Assembly (NCBI RefSeq): GCF_000737315.1
Contig: NZ_JMCB01000006.1
Span: forward strand, 496,001 to 560,000
Length of the DNA stretch: 64,000 bases
Origin: Hyalangium minutum
GTDB taxonomy: Bacteria > Myxococcota > Myxococcia > Myxococcales > Myxococcaceae
Reading direction: 5' to 3'
Below are positions 39,413 through 47,310 of this stretch, in pieces. The position numbers and the translations under genes were made by a program. Numbering within the stretch: the first letter of the stretch is position 1; the number at the start of each line of letters is the position of its first letter. The notes below the pieces were generated by a model. That model saw nothing but the letters and a program-made list of their open reading frames with translations, was not told the DNA's origin and searched no databases.

Positions 39413-39474
39413 CACTGCGAGAGGGAACCTTCTGACTGCGTGAGGGAGGAGGAGAGAGGCTCCTCCCGGGGGGT

Positions 39475-41157
39475 TCATGGAAGCTCCAGCCGTGCCCGGA
39501 GCCTCTCGGACACGACAGGAGCAATCGAGGCTTGGGCGGCCTGCTGCACGCTGGCGGTATGCGCGGCCCAGAGCAATTCAACCTGATCCGCAGCCACCTG
39601 AGAACCCGCGGGCGCCGCCGGCAGTCCAACACCGAGCAGCTTCAACAGCGACCAGCTCACGTCATCCCGTGGCTGGGGCTGCAGACCGCGAATGGGTTTG
39701 ATGCGCAGGGTGGCCTCCACATTCAAGCGTCCGTCTCCGAAGTACTCGTTGTACGTCCGAGACGGCTCTTCCGGACGAGGATGATAGGGGTAGGGTCCCA
39801 CGTCGTCGGCGCCCCGCAGCAGCGCGCGGCGGCAGGCCTCCACCCGCTCGATGGGCGAGAAGTCCTCCAGCGCCTCGCGGTGCAGCGAGAGCCAGAGCGC
39901 AGCGGCTCCCGCGACCTGAGGCGTGGCGGTAGACGTGCCCCTGCCCAGCCGGTAGCCCTGGGGGGGCGATGCCCACAGCACATCGGGCGTGGGCGCGCAC
40001 AGATCCACCTCCGGCCCATCGTTGCCCGACATGCGATCGTTGAACCGGTAACGCTTGAGCGCCTGAGTGATACCGGACACCGCGAGCACCCGGTTGAAGC
40101 GCGCCGGGTACACCACGCTCGTCGGCGTCCGCAGCGCGCCGCTGAGCGGGAAGTGGTTGCCGGCGGCCGCGCAGAGCACCACGCCGCGCTCGTAGGCGTG
40201 GTTCACCGCGTCCGCCCAGAGCCGGCTGGGCAGCCCGCCCATGCTGATGCTGATCACCTGCGCGCCCTGGCTGACGCAGTGGAGGATGCCCAGCGCCAGC
40301 GAGTGCGTGGCCACATGCACCACCGAGGGCGACACGCGCACCGGCAGCACCGAGGCATACGTGGCGAGGCCCTGGTAGTCCTCGTGGTTGGCCGCCAGCA
40401 GGCAGAGCGTCGCCGTTCCGTGGCCCGGCTGGTAGCCCAGGCCCGCCTCGAGCGGATCCCTCGCGTCGGGCCGGTGCCTGTCCCACAGGTCCACGCCGGG
40501 CAGCAGCCGGTCGGGACCGGGCAGCGCCGGATGCGGCGCCCAGCCGGTGTCCAGGTGACCGATAAGAATGCCCTCCCCGGGCAGACGGCCCGCCTTCTCG
40601 AGCAGCCGCAACGCCTGGGGGATGCGGATGGCGCGCAGGTGCCAGTCCCTCGGGAGGTTCTTCCCCGGGGCCTCCTCCAGCTCCGCGGTGGGGTGCACCA
40701 TCACCGCGTCCGGCTCGGCGTACTCCACCTCGGGTTGTTCCATCAGCGCATGCACCGCACCCCATACGTCGTCCGCGGAGGGGCCCTTCGGCGCCGCGGG
40801 AGCCACGCCGCCGCGCATCGCCATGGCCACACCCTGGGGTGCTCCTCCAGGAGCTCGCCCGCCCTTTGACTTCGAGCCGCCGCCTCCCGGGAGCTTCACG
40901 GTATGCCAGCGCGCCAGCTCACCGCCCGGCTGCACGAGTGGCAGGTCCGCCGACAGCCGGGTTCCGTGATGCGAGGAGGAAGGCAGCGCGTCCACCAGCG
41001 CTCCCAGCGCTCTCACTCCGGCAGAGCGGGCAATGGCCGTGAGCGTGCGGCGCTTCGGTGCACGCGCCATTGCCAGGCGCGCCACTGGAGCGGTCTCTCG
41101 CAGCTTCACATGGATCTCGCCGGTGTAGTGCACGCCCGGCGGCATGACGGCCTTCAT
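39475..41157 (-). CDS. S8 subtilase with an I9-like prodomain and no signal peptide
   Basis: HLDTG, GHGTAT, AAAGNH and GTSTATPQVAGAA. The prodomain ends in EVEYAEPD. Confidence 0.88.
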   Translation of the reverse strand: MKAVMPPGVHYTGEIHVKLRETAPVARLAMARAPKRRTLTAIARSAGVRALGALVDALPSSSHHGTRLSADLPLVQPGGELARWHTVKLPGGGGSKSKGGRAPGGAPQGVAMAMRGGVAPAAPKGPSADDVWGAVHALMEQPEVEYAEPDAVMVHPTAELEEAPGKNLPRDWHLRAIRIPQALRLLEKAGRLPGEGILIGHLDTGWAPHPALPGPDRLLPGVDLWDRHRPDARDPLEAGLGYQPGHGTATLCLLAANHEDYQGLATYASVLPVRVSPSVVHVATHSLALGILHCVSQGAQVISISMGGLPSRLWADAVNHAYERGVVLCAAAGNHFPLSGALRTPTSVVYPARFNRVLAVSGITQALKRYRFNDRMSGNDGPEVDLCAPTPDVLWASPPQGYRLGRGTSTATPQVAGAAALWLSLHREALEDFSPIERVEACRRALLRGADDVGPYPYHPRPEEPSRTYNEYFGDGRLNVEATLRIKPIRGLQPQPRDDVSWSLLKLLGVGLPAAPAGSQVAADQVELLWAAHTASVQQAAQASIAPVVSERLRARLELP

Positions 41158-41498
41158 TTCATCCCCCACTTCGGTCGGCCAGGGGGGCATGGTGGACCGG
41201 AACCCGGCTCCCCTGACAAATCATCACGGATTTCCCTTAGTAGACGCCAATCCATGACGTACCGGTCCTTCCGCTCATTCCGGGAACGTCGGGAATCGGC
41301 AATCATTTCATTGGGGGTGCGGACAAGTGACCGATGGCGTACAGAAGGGTGTCGGCCAAAGGACCCCTGTGTAGGACAGACGCACAGGATTGGACCTGTG
41401 GGGGGTTGGCAGCCCCTGGATGATTTAGCGCCTCGAATTGTTCGTCAGGACCGTGGCATCCGGGTAAGGGGGCTTTCCCCGCCCGCTGGAGAGCTTCC

Positions 41499-42308
41499 TT
41501 GATTCCCTACGTCAATCCGCACTCGCTGAAGGTCGGCCCCATCGAGCCCTTCGGCATCTTCGTCGCGCTGGGCATCTTCCTGGCGGCGCGCATCGTCGTG
41601 AAGCAGTCCGCCAAGCAGGGGCTGGACCCGAATCCGATCCACGACTACGCGCCGTGGGGCGTGGGCGCGGGCGTTGTCGCTGGCCACCTCGTCCACCTGC
41701 TCTTCTACCACCCCGAGGAGCTCAGCAAGAGCCCGTTCCAGCTCTTCAAGGTGTGGGACGGCCTGTCCTCCTTCGGCGGCCTGCTCGGCGGCGTCATTGC
41801 CGCGATCATCTATTTCAAGATCCGGGGCGTGAGCTTCTCCAAGTATGCCGACGCGTTCGCCCTGGGCGTGGCACCCGGATGGGGCGTGGCGCGGCTGGGC
41901 TGCTTCGTCGCCCATGACCACCCGGGCAGCCGCACCGACTTCTTCCTCGCCGTGAACTTCCCCGCGGATGTGTACGGCGGCCCCCGGCACGATCTCGGGA
42001 TGTACGACGCGATTCTCCTGTTCGCCATCACAGGCGTGCTCTTCGCGCTGCGCAACTCCGGGAAGCTCCAGAACCGGCTGCTGCACATGCTCGCCCTGCT
42101 CTACGCCCCGGGCCGCTTCTTCTTCGACACGCTGCGCGCCACGGACCTCCGCTATGTGGACGCGCGCTACCTCGGGCTCACCCCCGCTCAGTACGGCTGC
42201 ATCCTGCTGGTCGTCTACGGCCTCTGGGGGCTCGCCACGAAGCGCGCCTCCGCGCCGGGTTCGGCACCGCCCTCGACCGCCTCGGGCTCGGTCAAGACCG
42301 CACGGTAG
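41499..42308 (+). CDS. Prolipoprotein diacylglyceryl transferase (Lgt)-family protein
   Basis: TTG start after GGAG; multi-TM; GLSSFGG, ARLGCF and GRFFFDTLR are degenerate Lgt signatures. Confidence 0.75.
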   Translation: MIPYVNPHSLKVGPIEPFGIFVALGIFLAARIVVKQSAKQGLDPNPIHDYAPWGVGAGVVAGHLVHLLFYHPEELSKSPFQLFKVWDGLSSFGGLLGGVIAAIIYFKIRGVSFSKYADAFALGVAPGWGVARLGCFVAHDHPGSRTDFFLAVNFPADVYGGPRHDLGMYDAILLFAITGVLFALRNSGKLQNRLLHMLALLYAPGRFFFDTLRATDLRYVDARYLGLTPAQYGCILLVVYGLWGLATKRASAPGSAPPSTASGSVKTAR

Positions 42309-42339
42309 GTGTCCGAGCCGGGGCTTCGTGAAGGCGTGA

Positions 42340-42621
42340 CTACCAATAGGAGACGGACTTCAGGTCGAACACGTGCTGGAAGCCGTTGCGCTGCAGCAGG
42401 CTCACGGCCATCGCGCTGCGGCCTCCGGCGGCGCAGTACACCACCACCTTCGTGTCCGGCGACCCCACCTCGGCGAGCCGCGCCGGCAGCTCCTGCACGG
42501 GGATGTTTCGCGCTGGCTCCGGGTGCCCCTGACGGAACTCCTCCGGCGTCCTCACGTCCAGCAACACTGCACCCTCGGCGACGAGCTGCCGGGCCTTCTC
42601 TGAGAGCTCTTTCGGTGTCAT
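42340..42621 (-). CDS. Rhodanese-like domain protein
   Basis: LLDVRTPEEFRQGH and active-site loop YCAAGGRS. Confidence 0.92.
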   Translation of the reverse strand: MTPKELSEKARQLVAEGAVLLDVRTPEEFRQGHPEPARNIPVQELPARLAEVGSPDTKVVVYCAAGGRSAMAVSLLQRNGFQHVFDLKSVSYW

Positions 42622-42788
42622 CGCCCGGGACTGTAGACGCGCGATATCGCCCGTCCAACACTCATAGGCGACATGTACGGGCCAGGTTGGCGTGATCTGT
42701 ACATCTCCGCCCCCTCTGATGTTGGAGCCTCAACGGTCGTCAGGAGGGCAGTAGATCTCGTCGCACCCGGCGCGCGTCAATTCGCCTG

Positions 42789-45317
42789 ATGCTACCGACT
42801 CCCCAGACGAGCCCGCCCCACGCACAGGGCGCGGCGCCGCCATTGGTGCTCACCTGGCCCGCGGCGCTCATTGGGCTCGTGTTCGGTGTGCTGATGACGT
42901 ACGTGCCCTACGAGTTCCGCGTGGCCTCGTTCCGGCCGCTGTACCCGTACGTGCGGGAGATGGGCATCATCTACCTGGCCAGCAGCCTGGCGATGATGGG
43001 GGCTCTGCTCTACCCCCACGCGCCGCGCTGGCTGGACCTCCTCGGCCGCGCGGGGTTCATCCTCACCGCCGCCGTGTACTGGTGGGTGCTCAATGTCCTG
43101 ACCGGCAGCTTCACCGGCATCCTCTTATACCCGCTGCTCTTCATCGGTCTGGGGCTGGAGGCCTTCCCCTCCTTCCGGCAGCGCCCCGTGTTCCGCAGCT
43201 TCGTGGCCCTGATTGGCGTCGGGTTCGGGCTGGCGATGGTCGGCGCGCCCGAGCGCTTTCCCTTCGCCGTCTATGCCCACCTGTCCCCGCTGCTGCGCGC
43301 CACGGGCCTGCTCTTCGCCACCGCCGGCGTGGTGGTCCTGCTGCCGCTGGGCCAACGGCGTCCGTGGCTCGCCCGCGCGCTGATGGGCGTGCTCGCCCTG
43401 CCGTACGCGATGCTGGCCTGGGCCCTGGGCCGCGGGCAGTTCTGGATGGGCATGGCCGTCTACTTCATCCTCACCCTGGGCTGTGTGGCCGAGGCCGTGG
43501 CCTGGCGCCCCCGCGCGCCGCGCACCGTAGGCTGGAAGCTCCTGCGCGGCCTGGCCTTCGCGGGGCTGGTGCCGCTGCTGGCGCTGGGCGCCGTGGCCTC
43601 GTTCCTCGCCCAGCGCGCCATCGAGGAGCAGGTGCGCGAGGACACTGTGCGCACCGCCACCGGCGAGGCGGACTTCCTGCGGCGCTACCTGGAGGACGCG
43701 CGCGCCTCGCTGCAGGTGCTGCTGGACTCCCCAGGCTTCCGCGCGGCGCTGGCCAGCGGCGAGCCGCTCCAGCTCGAGCCCTACCTGCGCAACCTCATCG
43801 AACGCCAGCGGCCTTTCGAGGCCGTCCTTGCTGTCGAGGCGGATGGCTCGCCGCTGGCGTCCTTCACCGCCTCAGGTGCGCCCAGCCCGCTGCTACCGCT
43901 CCCGAAGAACCTCTCCGAGCCCTTCCTCACCTCGGGTCCCACCCCTCGAGTCGCCCTGGTGTTGCCTGTCGAGGAGGACGGCCAGCCGAGGACCCTGCTC
44001 GTGGGGCTGCTGTCCCTGCAGCAGCTGTCGGAGGCCTCCACCCCCGCCGCGCGCCGCTTCCAGGTGCAGGTGGTGGATCAGCGCAGGATGAAGGTGATCC
44101 GGGACTCCACCTCCGAGGTCCCCTTGCTGAGCGCCGCCCGCCTGCCGCCCACCGTGCGTGAGGCCGTAATCCACGAGGGCTCCGCGATGATCGAGGACTT
44201 CGACGCGGTGGACCGGCGCATCCTCGGAGCCGTGGCGCCCGTGCCTGGCACCTCCTGGTGCGTGGTCGTCACCCAGGAGCTGGGCGTGGCCTACGCGGGC
44301 ATCACCCGCGTGAGCGCGGCCGTGGTGGGCATGCTGGTGTTCGGCGTGCTGCTGGCCCTGGCGCTCTCCCAGTTCGTCGCGCGGGACGTCATCCACCGGC
44401 TCACCGCGCTGCGCGCCGCCACCGCCGCGCTGGCCGCGGGAGACCTGGACCGGCGCGTCGAGGAGGAGGAGGACGACGAGCTGGGCGAGCTGGCCCGGGG
44501 CTTCAACGAGATGGCGGCCCGCACCGGCGCCACCCAGGCGGAGCTGCGCGAGGCCGTCCGCGCGCGAGAGGAGTTCCTCAGCGTGGCCAGCCACGAGCTG
44601 CGCACCCCGCTCACCCCACTCAAGGGCTTCGCCAGCCTCACGCTCCAGCGACTGGAGCAGAGCGAGGGTCCGGTGGATCGCGACTGGCTCCTCAAGGCGA
44701 TGCGCTCCATGTCCCGGCAGACGGATCGGCTGGCGCGGCTGGTGGATGACCTGCTGGACACCGCTCGCATCCAGTCCGGGCGCTTCGACCTGAACTGCAA
44801 GCCGGTGGACCTGATGCCCGTGGTGTACGAGGTGCTCGAGCGCTTCGAGGTGCGCGGCTCGGAGGGCCTGCGCTTCCACATGGAGGCACCCTCCGGCCCG
44901 CTGGAGGGCGTCTGGGACGCCGCACGCCTGGATCAGGTCATCACCAACCTGCTCAGCAACGCCGTGCGCTACTCACCTCAGGGCGGCACCGTGTCCATCT
45001 CGTTCGCGGTGAACCCCTCGCAGGTGGAGCTCCGGGTGAAGGACCAGGGCATCGGCATCCCCGCCGAGAGCCTCCAGCGCCTGTTCCAGCCCTTCTCTCG
45101 CGCCTCCAACGCCACGTCACGGCACTTCGGCGGGCTGGGGCTCGGCCTGTTCATCTGCCGGGAGATCGTCGAGCGCCACGGCGGCTCCATCTGGGCGGAG
45201 AGCGGGGGCCCGCAGCAGGGCAGCTGCTTCCACGTCCGCCTGCCTCGCCATGCGCCGCAGAGCTCGCTGCCTCCGCCGCCCTCGGCGCCGGTCTCCTCCT
45301 CGACGCAAGCGGCCTGA
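42789..45317 (+). CDS. Multi-TM sensor histidine kinase (TM bundle, Cache-like, HAMP, HisKA, HATPase)
   Basis: About 8 N-terminal TM helices, a periplasmic Cache-like region, HAMP (EDDELGELARGFN), ASHELRTPL and NAVRY. Confidence 0.92.
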   Translation: MLPTPQTSPPHAQGAAPPLVLTWPAALIGLVFGVLMTYVPYEFRVASFRPLYPYVREMGIIYLASSLAMMGALLYPHAPRWLDLLGRAGFILTAAVYWWVLNVLTGSFTGILLYPLLFIGLGLEAFPSFRQRPVFRSFVALIGVGFGLAMVGAPERFPFAVYAHLSPLLRATGLLFATAGVVVLLPLGQRRPWLARALMGVLALPYAMLAWALGRGQFWMGMAVYFILTLGCVAEAVAWRPRAPRTVGWKLLRGLAFAGLVPLLALGAVASFLAQRAIEEQVREDTVRTATGEADFLRRYLEDARASLQVLLDSPGFRAALASGEPLQLEPYLRNLIERQRPFEAVLAVEADGSPLASFTASGAPSPLLPLPKNLSEPFLTSGPTPRVALVLPVEEDGQPRTLLVGLLSLQQLSEASTPAARRFQVQVVDQRRMKVIRDSTSEVPLLSAARLPPTVREAVIHEGSAMIEDFDAVDRRILGAVAPVPGTSWCVVVTQELGVAYAGITRVSAAVVGMLVFGVLLALALSQFVARDVIHRLTALRAATAALAAGDLDRRVEEEEDDELGELARGFNEMAARTGATQAELREAVRAREEFLSVASHELRTPLTPLKGFASLTLQRLEQSEGPVDRDWLLKAMRSMSRQTDRLARLVDDLLDTARIQSGRFDLNCKPVDLMPVVYEVLERFEVRGSEGLRFHMEAPSGPLEGVWDAARLDQVITNLLSNAVRYSPQGGTVSISFAVNPSQVELRVKDQGIGIPAESLQRLFQPFSRASNATSRHFGGLGLGLFICREIVERHGGSIWAESGGPQQGSCFHVRLPRHAPQSSLPPPPSAPVSSSTQAA

Positions 45318-45329
45318 GCGGCGGGCCTC

Positions 45330-47057
45330 TCAGCCGAACGAGGGGATGATGGGGAGCTGGCCGCGCGGCAGCTCCAGCGTGAAGGTGGAGCCCTCACCGG
45401 GGTTGCTGACCACCCGCACCGTGCCACCGAACGCTTCGACGATCTGCCGGGTGATGTAGAGCCCCAGGCCCAGGCCGCCGTAGTGCCGGTCGCTCACCGC
45501 GCGCTCGAAGCGCTCGAAGATGCGCTCCAGGTCCTCCTCGGCAATGCCGATGCCGTGGTCCTGCACCGTCAGCCGCGCCCGCTCGCCGTCCTCCTCCACG
45601 CGCACCACCACTGGCCGGCCCGCGCCGTACTTCAGCGCGTTGGACAACAGGTTCGTCACCACCTGCTCCACCCGCAGCCGGTCCCAGCGGCCGAACACCG
45701 GCTCCGGCGCATGCAGCTCCAGCTCGCAGCCCATCTTCTCCGCCGAGGGCGCGAAGCGCGAGAGCAGCTCCGCCGCCACGGAGGACAGGTCCACCTCCTC
45801 CATGTCCAGCCGCAGCCGCCCCGCGCTGATCCGCGCCACGTCCAGCAGGTTGTCCACCAGGTCCGTCAGCTTGCGCACCTGGCGCAGCGCCACGTCCAGC
45901 GAGTCGGAGACCTTCTCGGGGCTCAGCTGCGCCCCCTCCGCCATCGCCTCGCCCGCCTGCCGCTGGAGCGCCTGCAGCTTCAGCCGCAGCGGCGTCAGCG
46001 GCGTCTTCAGCTCGTGGCTGGCGATGCCGAGGAACTCGTCCCGCAGGTGCACCGCCTCCTGCGCCTCGTGGTACAGCCGCGCGTTGTCCACCGCCGCCAC
46101 CACCCGCCGCGACAACTCCTCCACCATCTCCAAGTCCTCCGGCCCGTAGCGCCGGCCCGGATCGCACGAGGCGAAGGTGAAGAGCCCCACCGCCTGCCCT
46201 CGCGAGCGCATGGGCACCAGCATCACCGAGCGCGCTCCCAGCCGCTCCAGCAGCTTCCGCTGCTCGGCGGTGCGCACCATCTGCTCCAGGTGCTCCGGCA
46301 GGAAGTCCGGGTAGAGGCGGGACTCGCCCCGCGCCAGCGCCTGGAAGAGCGCGCTGCCGACCTCATGGGTGGCGGGAAAGTTCGGCGCCTCGCGCAAGTG
46401 CTGCTCGCGCTCTGGATTCTGGTGCGCCGCCGCGACCCGCCGGAAGGCGCCGTCCTCCTCCAACATATCCACCAGGCACCACGTGGCCACCGAGCTGGCC
46501 GCCAGGTGCGCCACGCCCGCCAGGATGGCATCCGGCTCGGCCCGGACTTCCGCCAGCTCGCGGCTGGCGTCCGACAGGAAGCGCAGCGCCTCCTCGGCCC
46601 GGCGGCGCGGCGTCAGATCCTGCACCAGCACCAGAATCCGCTCGGGCGCCTCCAGCCCCAGCGCCGCCAGCACCACCGGCACCCGCGTGCCATCCGCGCG
46701 CACGTACTCCGTCTCCAAAGGGCCCGCGCTCCCCAGCCGGCGCAGCGCATCCACCGCCTGCGCACCCGCCGAGGGCGTCTCCGGCGCCGCCAGCGCATCC
46801 CACCGCACCTGGCCCGCGTCCACCTGCTCGCGGCTCACGCCCGTCAGGCGCAAGAACGCGTCATTCGCGTCCAGCAGCTGGCCCTCGGAGTCGGTGATCA
46901 GCAACGCCGGCAGGGGCACGCGCAGCAACCGCTTCAGCACGTTCCCCTCCGGGACACGGCTCCGCCGGGCGCGGGGTACTGGCGCGCCTGGGGCCGCGTC
47001 CGCCTCGGGTGTCTCCGACTCCACCAAGGTGGCCGCTGGGGCTCGATCCAATGCCAT
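45330..47057 (-). CDS. Sensor histidine kinase (PAS-GAF-HisKA-HATPase)
   Basis: PAS (LLDANDAFLRLTG...RADGTRVPV), GAF, ASHELKTPL, NALKY and GLGLGL. Start uncertain (47057-47120). Confidence 0.9.
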   Translation of the reverse strand: MALDRAPAATLVESETPEADAAPGAPVPRARRSRVPEGNVLKRLLRVPLPALLITDSEGQLLDANDAFLRLTGVSREQVDAGQVRWDALAAPETPSAGAQAVDALRRLGSAGPLETEYVRADGTRVPVVLAALGLEAPERILVLVQDLTPRRRAEEALRFLSDASRELAEVRAEPDAILAGVAHLAASSVATWCLVDMLEEDGAFRRVAAAHQNPEREQHLREAPNFPATHEVGSALFQALARGESRLYPDFLPEHLEQMVRTAEQRKLLERLGARSVMLVPMRSRGQAVGLFTFASCDPGRRYGPEDLEMVEELSRRVVAAVDNARLYHEAQEAVHLRDEFLGIASHELKTPLTPLRLKLQALQRQAGEAMAEGAQLSPEKVSDSLDVALRQVRKLTDLVDNLLDVARISAGRLRLDMEEVDLSSVAAELLSRFAPSAEKMGCELELHAPEPVFGRWDRLRVEQVVTNLLSNALKYGAGRPVVVRVEEDGERARLTVQDHGIGIAEEDLERIFERFERAVSDRHYGGLGLGLYITRQIVEAFGGTVRVVSNPGEGSTFTLELPRGQLPIIPSFG

Positions 47058-47310
47058 TTCAGAAATCCCCCCTAAGGGGCGGCTCATCTTGCTTGACGGA
47101 TGGCTCGTTCCGGAAGCCACCCTTCCCGAAAAGACAGGGATGCAGGCTTGGCACCCACCCGGGCCGACATGACGCGCAAGAAGGCTTGCGCCTCCTCGTC
47201 TGCCGGGCTGACGGGTGTCGCTTGACCCAACTTGTCGTACATGGCTTTTTCAGAGACGTTCGACCGCGCCCCTCCGAGTGGGGGGTCCGCCCTCCGAGGC
47301 TTCTTCAGCC

